From Spirochaetia bacterium (lineage in GTDB: Bacteria > Spirochaetota > Spirochaetia > SZUA-6 > Bin103): a stretch of 64,000 nucleotides of DNA. Both the position numbers and the translations under genes were made by a program. Location: contig CBDBDQ010000003.1 of assembly GCA_965203905.1 (NCBI GenBank), forward strand, positions 42,777 to 106,776, in the 5' to 3' direction. A model generated the notes under the pieces. It was not told the origin of the DNA, searched no databases, and was given only the letters and a program-made list of their open reading frames with translations. Shown here piece after piece: positions 21,238 to 31,384 of the stretch (position 1 is its first letter; every line of letters starts with the position of its first letter).

Positions 21238-21340
21238 GTGGTATGCGGCATGCCGTGGTGTCGAACCACGTCCCTGTCGGGAGCACCTGCGCGCGCCGCT
21301 GTTGGTTGATCTGCACCCCGTGTGCCGCTCCCGGCACATC
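21238..21340 (-). ncRNA. structured leader with tRNA T-arm-like hairpin
   Basis: CGTGG-TTCGACA-CCACG followed by GCATGCCGCATACCA; flanking hairpins. Confidence 0.35.
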
Positions 21341-21488
21341 GCTCTACGAGTGGGCTGCGGTGCCCTTCATCCACCCGAGACGCCATAGCAGCGGATCGAA
21401 GCTCGGTGGCTCCCCGCCCGGCTCTGTGTGTGTGGCGCGCGCTGCGTTGCGCGCCTGCTGCCTCCTTCGCAAGCGTTTTATCGCTGTC

Positions 21489-21527
21489 GACAATTAACAT
21501 TGTCATAATGTAAATGAGCAAAGTCAA
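21489..21527 (-). promoter_or_regulatory. sigma70-type promoter with palindromic operator
   Basis: Minus-strand TTGACT-17 nt-GACAAT in an AT-rich patch; GACAAT-TAAC-ATTGTC palindrome overlaps the -10 box. Confidence 0.65.
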
Positions 21528-22642
21528 GCACCCTCAGGCACTTTTTTGGCAGGCCGGCAGACTCCCGCAGATCAGGGCATTACGCGGCTTTCACGCCGTC
21601 CTTTCGCCTCGCGGCGCCGACCGTGGACCGCTCGTCGGCGCGCTCGGTGCGCCCCGATAAAGGTCCGTCACTGTGTGCCGTGATCTGTGCGGTGTCCCTT
21701 GCCGGCCAACATGGCCCGGCACGCCGGCATCGAGGCGGAGTTCACCGACGGCGCATCCGCTCGCGGCGCGGCGTTTGACGTGTGCGCGTCAACCGGCGCG
21801 GCTGCGCACCCGGCTCTCGTCGGGATCGCGCCCGGCGGCGCACGGCCGGCGGCTGCCGCTTCCCCCCACCCGCCCGGGCGCTCGCTCACCCCGCGACGCC
21901 GAATCTGGCGGCGCCCCAGCCGGCGCCAGCGTGGGCTCGCCACCCGGCGCGGCACCTACCCACGGCCCGACGCTCGCCCTTCCCCCGTCACTAACCTATG
22001 CTCAGGCCTGCGCTCAGCGTTCAGCGTGGTGCGGTGCGCGTGGTGCTCACGCTCATGGCCATGCGCTCAGCGGTGCGCGTGGTGTGGTGGTAGGGTCAAC
22101 GCCCGTGTCGCTCGCCCGTTCAGCTTCGCGTCATCGACGGGCAGCCCGCCGCCGGACGGCCGCATCCGTCTCCGGCCGTCCGCAGATCCCCCAGGGACCC
22201 CCGGCCACCCCCACCCCGCCCCCCGCTCAGTTCCCGCCCCGCGTTGCGCGCGGGGCTTCATACGCCGGCGCGCGTGCCGGAAAGTTTCTGAAATCCGAGA
22301 AAATGGATCCGGAACTGGGGCCGCAAGGGACCCACCGGCAGAATCTGAAAGTGGAAAGTCAGGGACCCGCGGGAACGGACTCCGGGCGCGGGCTGGGAAC
22401 CAGGGACCTACCAGGGATAGGACTCAAGCCTCAAGGGGATGAGCCGAAGGTAGTGTCCGTTTTTCTGAGAAGTCCGTTGACAGGCGGTGCCGGCACTTAT
22501 ATATGCCGGAGATATGCAAAATTTTGGGAATTAGATCCAATAATAACCAAGGAGGGGCGTCGTGGTGAATGATGCAATGCGACGGGATAGGCGGATGGAG
22601 TTGGTTCGGCAGTTGGCTCTGGAGGGGCGAAGCCCAGGCAGA

Positions 22643-22858
22643 TCAGCATTCTTCTTCGGGTGGCCACCTCTCCCCAAGAACCCAAGCGTAGAAATTCTCG
22701 TCCGTTGTCGCTGCCTGCCATATAGATTCGGCAATTTCAAGAGTGGGTAATAACCGGTTCCCAAGCCGACCTTGTGGCTCTGAGAGAGATCGCATCATCT
22801 CCAACACCTCCTCACAGAAAGCAGCATAGTTCCGATTCTTCAGGGAAGCATGATGCAC
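22643..22858 (-). CDS. hypothetical protein (possibly frameshifted; upstream ATG near 22920)
   Basis: Lower-GC ORF; GGAG RBS upstream of 22920. Confidence 0.35.
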   Translation of the reverse strand: MHHASLKNRNYAAFCEEVLEMMRSLSEPQGRLGNRLLPTLEIAESIWQAATTDENFYAWVLGERWPPEEEC

Positions 22859-23571
22859 GATCCGATGATCAGCCGATGAGCCTTGCCAAGATCCTCTGTG
22901 TCGATGGGCCGGTCAGGCATACGTGATTATTGAGATCTCCTTACCCGTCGGCTTTCGGCGTCACGTGCTTAGCCAGCCGCTTCCCCTTGTTCACTTCTCT
23001 ACTCAGCGACTGATAAGAAGTATCGCCTGCTGCTGGTACATGTGGCTGGACGCATGAACCGCAACAACTGTGTGATGCGGCTGCGGCTGTGTGCCTGTGC
23101 GCAGACCATCGCGCGCATCAGCAGGGTATGGGAGGTGTTTGATCTCCCCACGCAAGCTTCGCGCACCAAGCCCTAGCCGCTAGCGCGCGGGCGCCTTTCT
23201 CTTTCAGCCATTCAACCCCGTTCCCAGTACCACCGTAGGCACCGCCACGCGCCGAGAACTGGCCTGCGGGCGGCTATCGCTGCCTGTGAACGGCCTGCTG
23301 CGCGCTTCTGAGCGTCGTGTTCGCAGCGCAATCTGACTCGGCACCGCCTCGCACCTCTCCGGCGCCAGTCCGCCGGCCTGCTTCATGGCCCGCGGGAGCT
23401 GCCGGCGGCTTCCGGCCGCCTTAGGCGAGGATTTGGGGCCAGGATGTCCGGTTGACACTACGGTCACAATCTGATATGGATACAATGTCGGCGGTCCACT
23501 GGAAGCGACGGACGGTGGCCTATCGGCCTGCCGATCACGGAAGCCATGACTGGTTGGAACGGAGCGCGGAG

Positions 23572-24414
23572 GTGTCTAAGGTGCCGATAGTTGACCTTTC
23601 CAGGGTCGGCGATGCCGCCGTCCTGTTGGTAGACAGGCTGACGGACCCCAACCAGAAGCGAGAGCGAGCCGACGCAAGGGCGTACGCCAAGCAGGCTCGT
23701 ACGAGGTCTGATATCGAGCGACGATCGCTACTCACCGAAGAGAAGGTGAGGGTGTCACGTCAAGAGAACGCCGAACGAATCGCGGCCAAGGCAGCGCGAA
23801 AGGTCCAGAAGAACGCCAGGCCAGATGATGTGTCTCCGGATTGGTACGCCCATGCACGCGAAAGGCTCTGGAACGTGTCGGACGAAGATTTGCAAGAAGT
23901 ATGGGCTCACATTCTTGCTGGTGAGGTCAACTCGCCAGGGAGCTTTTCCAAGCGAACGCTGAGTATCGTTGGGGACCTTGAAAAAAGAGATGCCGAGACG
24001 TTTTCGACCATGTGCAGGTTCTCTGTCACTCTTGCTGATGGAGAGATGTGTCCAACGATCTTTCGCGCAGGTGATCCGATCTACCACGAGGCTGGGATCG
24101 ATTACGATTCTCTTATCAACTTGGCCAGCATGGGTCTTATCAAGTTCGACGGCGTGAGCAACACTTCCTTTACTGTTAGAGGATCGGGGTACTATCCAGC
24201 ATCGTACTTCGGCAGGCGTATCGATTTAGCGATCCCGACAGGCCGCGAAATCCACATAGGGCTAGGGCTGGTAAAGCTATCCAGAGCAGGAGATGAGCTG
24301 TTGAAGATTTGCGCTCTTGTCCCAATCGATGGATATTTTGACTATATCTTGAACGAATGGAAGAGCCTCGGCGCGGAGGAAATCGTCATTCGGCCGCTTT
24401 CCGTGGGGCGGTAG
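23572..24414 (+). CDS. DUF2806-family protein
   Basis: RQENAERI...DW...VSDEDLQEVWAHILAGEVNSPGSFSKRTL. Confidence 0.8.
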   Translation: MSKVPIVDLSRVGDAAVLLVDRLTDPNQKRERADARAYAKQARTRSDIERRSLLTEEKVRVSRQENAERIAAKAARKVQKNARPDDVSPDWYAHARERLWNVSDEDLQEVWAHILAGEVNSPGSFSKRTLSIVGDLEKRDAETFSTMCRFSVTLADGEMCPTIFRAGDPIYHEAGIDYDSLINLASMGLIKFDGVSNTSFTVRGSGYYPASYFGRRIDLAIPTGREIHIGLGLVKLSRAGDELLKICALVPIDGYFDYILNEWKSLGAEEIVIRPLSVGR

Positions 24415-24437
24415 CTGTGGTTACCATCTCCGTGGGC

Positions 24438-24772
24438 ATGGAGCCTCAATTCTCCCTCGTAGACGATTCCGAACCGACAGCACCATCTACCGAGCCCGGG
24501 TTACCAGCCACTCAGCAGCATATGGGAGGGCGGTGACGGGGAGTTGCTCGACGAGATGCTCACCTTCTACCCGGTCATCAAGCCGGACCCGATCCTGGAC
24601 GCCACCTACAACACCGGCCGGATCTGGGCCGGCACCCGCTGGCCGGTCACCAGCATGGACATCGACCCCCAGTACGGCACTGACATCGTGGCCGACAACC
24701 GGGAGATGCCGGGGATAGCCGACGAGTCATACGCAGTGGTGGTCTACGATCCGCCGCACGTCGGACCCCAGG
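24438..24772 (+). pseudogene. truncated amino-DNA methyltransferase
   Basis: ILDATYNTG...DID...VVYDPPH, then lost at the junction. Confidence 0.65.
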
Positions 24773-24774
24773 AG

Positions 24775-24927
24775 GTCTCGGAGATAGTAGAGGGCATAAA
24801 TGCTGCTCTCCCTCGGTGCTTCCTCGTACGACAGGTCAAGGAGCGGGCTGCCTTCGAGCCTCTCGATCACCTGCGCCTTGATGCCTCGGTCCAGGTCGAA
24901 GTCGAATCGGTGCGGGTCGTCTGTCAT
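24775..24927 (-). pseudogene. N-terminal fragment of Eco29kI-like GIY-YIG restriction endonuclease
   Basis: MTDDPHRFDFDL...APRESSIYALYY, truncated. Confidence 0.5.
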
Positions 24928-25073
24928 AGACTGCGGATTGTACGGGCATCCGGGGGTGCCTGCCCAGTCCCGGATGCCGGTCCACCCGCCGACTGACACG
25001 CCAAGCCCGGCAGCATCCTGCGTGTGACTTCGGTATATAATTCCCAAAAGAAAAACAAACTGAGCCTATTGAT

Positions 25074-25841
25074 ATGGGCGTGAAGAAGATACGAAACGAG
25101 TTCCACGAGTATGCCAAGGGACTGGAGAGGATCAAGCGTGACGTTGGGAAAATCATACTGAAGGCTAATTCTCAAACCACGGTAGAGGATCGACTTGAGG
25201 ATATCATTCCGTGTCTAAAGCGTATTCTTGAGCAAGTCGTTTATGGGTGTCTGGTAATTCAGATACCAGTCTACGGGAAAGTGGTTTCTGCTCGTCGATG
25301 GCAGAACAAGAAAGCCAGTGAGCTTGTTAAGATGATAGAACTTGGGTTCTACCCGACTCCGAATCCGGATAAGGCGGGTCCATACATCAAGGTTACTAAA
25401 TCAGTGCGCGATGGCGATGCTCTTACCCGAGAGCAATGGCTTACCGCCTGGGACTTCGCCAACCAGATTCAGCATGTTCAAAATCCCGCCAGTCCTAAAC
25501 GTAAGCCGAATGCGAAGAAATCTCTTGACGATGCTCTGAAGTGGACGCAAAGAACTATCAACTTGCTCAGTTTTCACTACATGATTACGAATGACCAGAT
25601 ATTCTCTGGGCAAGTGACTATGCAGCCGGCCAGCCCATTAGGACCAAGCGCCCAAGTCGCAGTCTTTCAACGTGTAACACCGTGGTCCCCGGTTCAACGC
25701 TTGCCTGATGGAAGTAGGCTCACCTTGCAACGGAACGAGAACGGTGACTGGAAGGATGTTCAAGATCCAAAGGAAGGCGCGATAGCCGTTATGCCGTTTC
25801 ATGGGATCTATACACATCGTGGTTTGGCACGTCAGACCTAG
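25074..25841 (+). CDS. hypothetical protein, low GC
   Basis: 255-aa ORF between two 15-bp direct repeats. Confidence 0.7.
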   Translation: MGVKKIRNEFHEYAKGLERIKRDVGKIILKANSQTTVEDRLEDIIPCLKRILEQVVYGCLVIQIPVYGKVVSARRWQNKKASELVKMIELGFYPTPNPDKAGPYIKVTKSVRDGDALTREQWLTAWDFANQIQHVQNPASPKRKPNAKKSLDDALKWTQRTINLLSFHYMITNDQIFSGQVTMQPASPLGPSAQVAVFQRVTPWSPVQRLPDGSRLTLQRNENGDWKDVQDPKEGAIAVMPFHGIYTHRGLARQT

Positions 25842-26136
25842 GCTGTTTTGATAGCTGTTTTCTGGCAACGAGCTATTGTCGTTTTGCACAAGCTGTGATA
25901 TGCTCTCCGGCATGTCAGAAGACTAGAAACCCAAGCCGCGAGGCCGGCCGCCCACCAAGGACCAGACGGTGTTCGAGCCGTTGAACGTGGACCCGGTGCA
26001 GCTTGCCCGTGCGATGCTGCAACCACGGCCCGAGAGCCGTTCCAAGCCAGACAGTCAGAAGCCGTCCCGGTGAGGGCGATCCTCGTTCGCGGTTACTATT
26101 CGATATAATTCCCAAAATTTTATCGACGTTGGTCCG

Positions 26137-26409
26137 GTGATCACAGTCATCGACATGCCGATAGAGACGGTAGAGGACAACATCGACCGCGTGCTCGCTA
26201 AGTCCGGTGTAGCGGGCTTGTCTGACAGAAACGATCTGCGATGGGCCATCCTGCAGACGGCTCTGGACTTTGCAGATTCAGAGGACTTGCGAATCCCTGA
26301 CCGCTGGCGGCTGGATCTGCTTCTTCTGAAATGGAAGGGTGGACACCAGGACCTATGGCGGGCAGATCGGCAGGGGTCCCCGTGCCCACCGCAATCAGCC
26401 TGCTCGTGA
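26137..26409 (+). CDS. hypothetical protein or fragment
   Basis: ORF after TATAAT-containing repeat. Confidence 0.4.
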   Translation: MITVIDMPIETVEDNIDRVLAKSGVAGLSDRNDLRWAILQTALDFADSEDLRIPDRWRLDLLLLKWKGGHQDLWRADRQGSPCPPQSACS

Positions 26410-26598
26410 GACCATCTTCCCAGCATCAGAATCCCCGTCCATCGTGATCCACGCTTCACCAACTCCGGGTCCGGGTTCGGGGGAGAGTTGAGAATAGGGC
26501 TGCGTGGCGATTTCTGCGATCAACCATCTATATCCCCTTGACCGATTCGGCGAGCGGTGAGCATACTTCACCGCATGGCGATTTTAGACACTGCCGCA

Positions 26599-26895
26599 AT
26601 GGAGCGGCTGACCATTTCGCTACCGCGTGAGTTGCGGGCGAAGCTGCAGCGGATTGCGCGGGACCACGGCGCCAGCGAGGCCGCGGTGATTCGAGCAGCG
26701 CTGGAGTTTGGGGTGCCGGAGCTAGAGAGGCAGTTGCTTGCCGAGGCGACCAGCGGGCCGCGGTTCGACTACTCCAAGTCACGCCGCGGGCCGCTGGAGC
26801 TGGCGCGGCCGATCCTGGAGCAGCACGAGACCGAGGCCGACCCGCCGCCCGAGAACGTGGCGGAGGCGGAGGACCATCAGACGCCGGCGGAGTGA
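26599..26895 (+). CDS. ribbon-helix-helix (CopG-like) regulator
   Basis: MERLTISLPRELRAKLQRIARDHGASEAAVIRAAL. Confidence 0.8.
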   Translation: MERLTISLPRELRAKLQRIARDHGASEAAVIRAALEFGVPELERQLLAEATSGPRFDYSKSRRGPLELARPILEQHETEADPPPENVAEAEDHQTPAE

Positions 26896-27091
26896 AACGG
26901 GCTGCACGAGCGGGTAGCTCACTTGGCCGGAGTACCAGGAGACGCATTTGCTGCCGCCCTGGGGCGGGTGCCCGCACCGAGTTGGGGGAGGTGCGCCGGG
27001 CACACCTCCGGTTCCCCAGCGCTCGCCCCCCCTCGGGAATCACCGCGCGGCACCGAGCGCCTGCTGGCGGCAAGTCGCCGAGTGATTTGCC

Positions 27092-27119
27092 ACTTCCGAT
27101 AACTGTGGTTCTGTCGTCC
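27092..27119 (+). other. dif/Xer-like site S1
   Basis: ACTTCCGATAA-CTGTGG-TTCTGTCGTCC. Confidence 0.7.
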
Positions 27120-27191
27120 TCGGGATCGCCGCTTGCCTACGCCGTGGATCCCTCCCCCCTGAAGCCGCCGGCCGTGATAACGGTGTCCGGC

Positions 27192-27501
27192 ATGAGCACC
27201 GCCCTGGAAATCCTGATTGGTGCCGGCGGCACGGTGGCCGCCTTGCTGGCCGTGCTGCTGCCGGTAATCCGGGCGCAGGGCTCAAACCTGCGCCGTTGAG
27301 CTGGATATACGCTACGCGGGGACCTGCGCGCCGATGTGGCATCGTTTGCGCGCCGACGTGGGCGAAGTGCCGCGACCTGCACGCGCTGAGCGATCGTGTG
27401 GCCCGCATCGAGGGTGCGCCTACGACCGGCCCTGGCGGCCCACCAACGGCTCGCCTGCAGCGGCACCCCAGGGCGGTCCCCCGGAGGCCACCGCCGAGTG
27501 A
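27192..27501 (+). pseudogene. decayed small TM/coiled-coil gene (...DRVARIEG...)
   Basis: MSTALEILIGAGGTVAALLAVLL..., frameshifted; 3' part duplicated at 28770-28877. Confidence 0.5.
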
Positions 27502-27507
27502 CCTGCC

Positions 27508-27531
27508 ACTTCCAGAGTGCTTCTGTTCACT
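27508..27531 (+). other. dif-like site S2 (4-bp deletion in left arm)
   Basis: ACTTCCA-GAGTGC-TTCTGTTCACT after CGCCGAGTGACCTGCC. Confidence 0.55.
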
Positions 27532-28067
27532 GCGATCACCACCGCAAGCTGAGTTCCCCGTACGCGCGCGCTGCCCATACGAAGGCATTGACCAAGTTTT
27601 CGTAGCGGCGGTAGAGTGGCGTTCTAAGTGGCGGGGCTGTAGCCAGGTAGCAACTGACCAGGCCCGATACCAAACGTCAAATCGCCATCGCGGGCGTCGG
27701 CGTCCATACAGTGTGTGCTGCATACGGATGCGCGGGTCGCGCTGCTCGGTTGCATCAAAATGCAGGCGCGTGGGTTGACCCTGCGGGGCGCAGGGTGGTA
27801 GGGGGTTTGCCTATGCTGGCAATAGTACTGGCAATCGTAGGTGCGCTAATCGTGGTTGCAATTGACGTAGTGGTACGTTACCTGCAGTCCGATGATAGCC
27901 TACACAGCAGGCGGAAAGGACGGCTTTAAGTTCCGGTTGCAGGAACGCTGGCGCCGGCCCGGCGACTGCGCTATGGGTCCGATGCGTGTTGTGATGCTGT
28001 TAGTGGTGGGCTCGCCTGCAGCGGCACTTGCGGCGCCAGTCGAGGATGGTGACGCTGTTGGCCCGCA

Positions 28068-28733
28068 ATGGAGGGTGTACCATACACAGTGGCTCGCGAA
28101 ACTATCAATCCAGATCACCAGAGCGCGTACCCGTTGCTCTTTTTGAATGTGATTCACTTCAAGGACGCAGCACGGTTAGTCGAGTCGGAGGTTTCCAGGT
28201 ATCGCGCTGACCAGGGCTTGCAACATACCGAGGATCCTTTGGAGAGTTTTCCTAACAAGGACTATTGGATGTCAGCAAAGGCCGTATCACACTTTAACCT
28301 TGGAACTGCGTTGGAACTAATGATGAAGTTGGTTTTGGTTATCAACGGTACACCGGTTGGACAGACGCACTCACTGCTTGCACTGCACAATTCTCTGTCA
28401 TCGAAGTGGAAACGACGCATGCAGGAAATGTTCAGCAAGGCAGAGAAGAATCATGGATTGTTAAAGTTTGTCCGAATTAGGCGTTCTGATGCGGCTGATC
28501 TACCAGATCCCGGCGACGATCGTGACGTCATCGGGTTGAGAGGTACACTGGCGTACCTTGACGATGATGCTGTGCTGTCAAAGGCGCGATACCTATGGAA
28601 ACATATGAGTGAAGGTAAGTGGCTGTACTACTTGGATGACATTACAATTCTTACCGACTTAATTGATCAGGTATTAGCGAAACTAGTTGCAGAGAACCAG
28701 ATTCCTGGACTGACGGTAGGGAAGCAAGACTAA
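28068..28733 (+). CDS. HEPN-like protein
   Basis: FNLGTALELMMK...THSLLALHNSL...RY pattern; low GC. Confidence 0.6.
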   Translation: MEGVPYTVARETINPDHQSAYPLLFLNVIHFKDAARLVESEVSRYRADQGLQHTEDPLESFPNKDYWMSAKAVSHFNLGTALELMMKLVLVINGTPVGQTHSLLALHNSLSSKWKRRMQEMFSKAEKNHGLLKFVRIRRSDAADLPDPGDDRDVIGLRGTLAYLDDDAVLSKARYLWKHMSEGKWLYYLDDITILTDLIDQVLAKLVAENQIPGLTVGKQD

Positions 28734-28883
28734 ACCTTTGGCCCTGGCACCCACGCCAGACTTGTAGAGGAGCGCGTTGCCCGCATCGAGGTGCGCTGAG
28801 CGGCCCCTGGCGTCCCACCAAACGGCTCGCCTGCAGCGGTGCCCAAGGGTGGCACCTCGGAGGCCACCGCCGAGTGACCTGCC

Positions 28884-28911
28884 AATTCCTATTAGACTGC
28901 TTCTGTCGCCT
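28884..28911 (+). other. dif-like site S3
   Basis: AATTCCTATTA-GACTGC-TTCTGTCGCCT. Confidence 0.65.
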
Positions 28912-28960
28912 GGAGCGCTGTGCTGGTTCACTTTCCGCCGGATTGATCGTCGAAATTAGG

Positions 28961-29845
28961 TTAGGGCGCTTGGTACGGAACGGACAGCATTACGGATGCC
29001 GGCACCCCTTCGGGCCTGCCCTTCGTCCGGGCATCGAGTTGCCGTTTCTCCAGTTGGGTCAAGTACGTCCGGCGTAGATCGTTCGGAGTAACCGGGTCGA
29101 CGCCCGCCTGCTTGGCGATGGTGCGCACCCGATCCATCACCGCCTGGGCGGTCATGGCCTTCGGCTGGAGCTTTTCGCCCTTGGCAACCGGGCACAGCAG
29201 GGCTCCGGGCCAGTCGCCGCGGCGCGCGATCCAGGCGCCGATCGCTTCCTTGCCGCCGTCTGTCGCGTAGACCTGCCGCTCGTCGTGGCGAATGACGATG
29301 GCCCCGGACACCTGGTCGTAGTCCGCGAGCTGCAGCGCGGCTGCTTGCGAGCGCTGCAGGTCGGCGCAGTAGAGTAGCGCGAGCATGGCTGCATCACGGG
29401 CGCCGATAAGATCGGTACCAAGCGCCGCGAACAAGCGGCGAACCTCGTCCCGTTGGACGTATCGTCCTGCACGCCGGCGCGGCTGTGGCTTCTCGTTCCG
29501 TTGGTCCTCGACAGCGATCCGCGTCTTGTCGTCGACCAGCCCGAGTTCCCATGCTATGCGCACCGTACTCCGGACCCCCGAAAGCATGTGGTTGACGGTG
29601 CCGGCGGCGACGCCGCGGTCGAGCATGACCGAACGCATTTTTTGGACCTGCTGCAGGTCTATCTGCGACCAGTCGAACGCCGTCGCATCTGTGACGGCGT
29701 CGTCCGTGAAGATTGCCACTGCGCAGTCGAGTTCCCGTTCCATGCCGAGGCGTCCGGACGGGTGGAGGCGGTCGAGATAGACGGCAGCGGGATTCTGTAC
29801 TGGCGCGGTGTTGCTGGGCGCGACCGACTCGTCCGCGGCTTGCAC
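28961..29845 (-). CDS. tyrosine-recombinase paralogue lacking catalytic residues (copy 1)
   Basis: Homologous to 13503..14567 but LQRSQ, NDLRR, no GKGRK loop, no GH...Y segment. Confidence 0.85.
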   Translation of the reverse strand: MQAADESVAPSNTAPVQNPAAVYLDRLHPSGRLGMERELDCAVAIFTDDAVTDATAFDWSQIDLQQVQKMRSVMLDRGVAAGTVNHMLSGVRSTVRIAWELGLVDDKTRIAVEDQRNEKPQPRRRAGRYVQRDEVRRLFAALGTDLIGARDAAMLALLYCADLQRSQAAALQLADYDQVSGAIVIRHDERQVYATDGGKEAIGAWIARRGDWPGALLCPVAKGEKLQPKAMTAQAVMDRVRTIAKQAGVDPVTPNDLRRTYLTQLEKRQLDARTKGRPEGVPASVMLSVPYQAP

Positions 29846-29855
29846 TTTGGCAGCT

Positions 29856-30254
29856 TCAGAAGCTCGCTACTGTGGCGGTCGACAAGCTCTGCCTTCCGGT
29901 AAGACTGCAACCTATCTCCGATTTTAGAAGAGTTCCTGCTCTCGTCTCTTCACCTCCGATAGCACGTTCGCGGCAGCTTCCCTCTCTACCAATAGAGAGA
30001 TGATTTTGCTCATTCGTAGGCAGCTCGAGGCGCTCCCGAGATTCCTCCACCGAAGCAGGGAATCGTTTGTACGCGACGATAGCGGCATGTCCATCATTGA
30101 CCACTTGTATGCTATGCGGGATGGCTTGGGAAGCTCGATACAGTTTTCCCCGAAATTGGTTGCACTTCTCCTCAAGGCTCGCCAACCGGTTTTCTGCCCG
30201 CCTCAGTTCCAGTAACAGATCGGCCATGTTTCTCTCGCGTTCGTCGTTGCTCAT
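29856..30254 (-). CDS. hypothetical coiled-coil protein (3' end uncertain, possibly truncated at S4)
   Basis: MSNDERERNMADLLLELRRAE...; low GC. Confidence 0.45.
   Translation of the reverse strand: MSNDERERNMADLLLELRRAENRLASLEEKCNQFRGKLYRASQAIPHSIQVVNDGHAAIVAYKRFPASVEESRERLELPTNEQNHLSIGREGSCRERAIGGEETRAGTLLKSEIGCSLTGRQSLSTATVASF
29892..29908 (+). other. dif-like half site S4
   Basis: CCTTCCGGTAA-GACTGC then unrelated sequence. Confidence 0.5.
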
Positions 30255-30403
30255 CGCTTCATCCTTTAGCTATCTTCTGAGGATCGCGGTCTTGAATACG
30301 ATGGGTATTGACTCTGATCAAATGGCAGGTCACGACCAATAATCAGTGCGTCTCCTACAATATGATCTCAGCAGATATTGGAATGTGGCGGCTTCAGGCC
30401 GCC

Positions 30404-31384
30404 TCATTTCTTATAGCCTACGAGACGCACCTCTGTCAACGCGGTACTTCGACTTCCGATAATCCGCTTCTGTCCCCTGGGAGCGCCGTGTGGTTTCACC
30501 CCCCGCTGGCTTGATTCTCGGATTTTGGCGCTTGGTGCTGAACGGATAGCACCCCTTCGGGCCTGCCCTTTCGTCCGGGCGTCGAGTTGCTTCTTCTCCA
30601 GCTCGGTTAAGTACGTCAGGCGTAGATCGTTCGGGGTAACCGGGGCGACGCCCGCCTGCACTGTGATGCTGCGCACCCGCACCATGACGGCCTGGGCGGT
30701 CATGCCCCGCTGTCGGATGCGTTCGCCCGTACCGACGGGCGCCAGGAGTGCGCCCGGCCAGTCGCCACGGATCGCGATCCAGGCGTGGATCGCTTCCTTA
30801 CCGCCATCTGTCGCGTGGACCTGCCGCTCGTCGTCGCGAACGGTGACGGCCCCGGACACCTCGTCGTAGTCCGCGAGCTGGAGCGCGACTGCTTCCGAGC
30901 GCTGAAGGCCGGCGCCGTAGAGCAATGCAAGCAAGGCTGCATCACGGGCGCCAATTGGATCGGTACCGGGGGCCGTCGCGAACAGGCGCCGAACCTCATT
31001 TCGTTTGACGTATCGTCCTGCACGCCGGCGCTGTTGCGGTTTCTCGTTCGGTTCGTCCTCGACAGCGATCCACGTCTTGTCGTCTACCAGCCCGAGTTCC
31101 CAAGCTATGCGCACCGTACTCCGGACACCCGAGAGCATGTGGTTGACGGTGCCGGCTGCAGCGTTGCGGTCGACCATAGCCGAACGCAGCTTTTCGACCT
31201 GCAGCCGGCTTATCTGCGACCAGTCGAACGCCGTCGCGTCTGTGCCGGCTTGGTCAGTGAAGATTGCGACCACGCGGGCGAGTTCCCGGCGCATGCTGCG
31301 GCGCCCCGACGGGAGGAGGCCGTCGAGATAAACGGCGGCGGGATTCTGGTCGCTGGGGGCGTCCGACTCGTCCGCGGCTTTCAC
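30404..31384 (-). CDS. tyrosine-recombinase paralogue lacking catalytic residues (copy 2; C-terminal frameshift relative to copy 1)
   Basis: GLQRSE, NDLRL, no GH...Y; close paralogue of 28961..29845. Confidence 0.85.
   Translation of the reverse strand: MKAADESDAPSDQNPAAVYLDGLLPSGRRSMRRELARVVAIFTDQAGTDATAFDWSQISRLQVEKLRSAMVDRNAAAGTVNHMLSGVRSTVRIAWELGLVDDKTWIAVEDEPNEKPQQRRRAGRYVKRNEVRRLFATAPGTDPIGARDAALLALLYGAGLQRSEAVALQLADYDEVSGAVTVRDDERQVHATDGGKEAIHAWIAIRGDWPGALLAPVGTGERIRQRGMTAQAVMVRVRSITVQAGVAPVTPNDLRLTYLTELEKKQLDARTKGQARRGAIRSAPSAKIRESSQRGVKPHGAPRGQKRIIGSRSTALTEVRLVGYKK
30452..30478 (+). other. dif-like site S5 (5-bp spacer)
   Basis: ACTTCCGATAA-TCCGC-TTCTGTCCCCT. Confidence 0.65.

Noticed and set aside
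15718-21340. Complete tRNA genes
   Set aside because: T-arms are present but no D and anticodon arms can be built.
27929-27956. Additional dif-like site AGTTCCGGTTG-CAGGAA-CGCTGGCGCCG
   Set aside because: Too degenerate to count without a PWM score.
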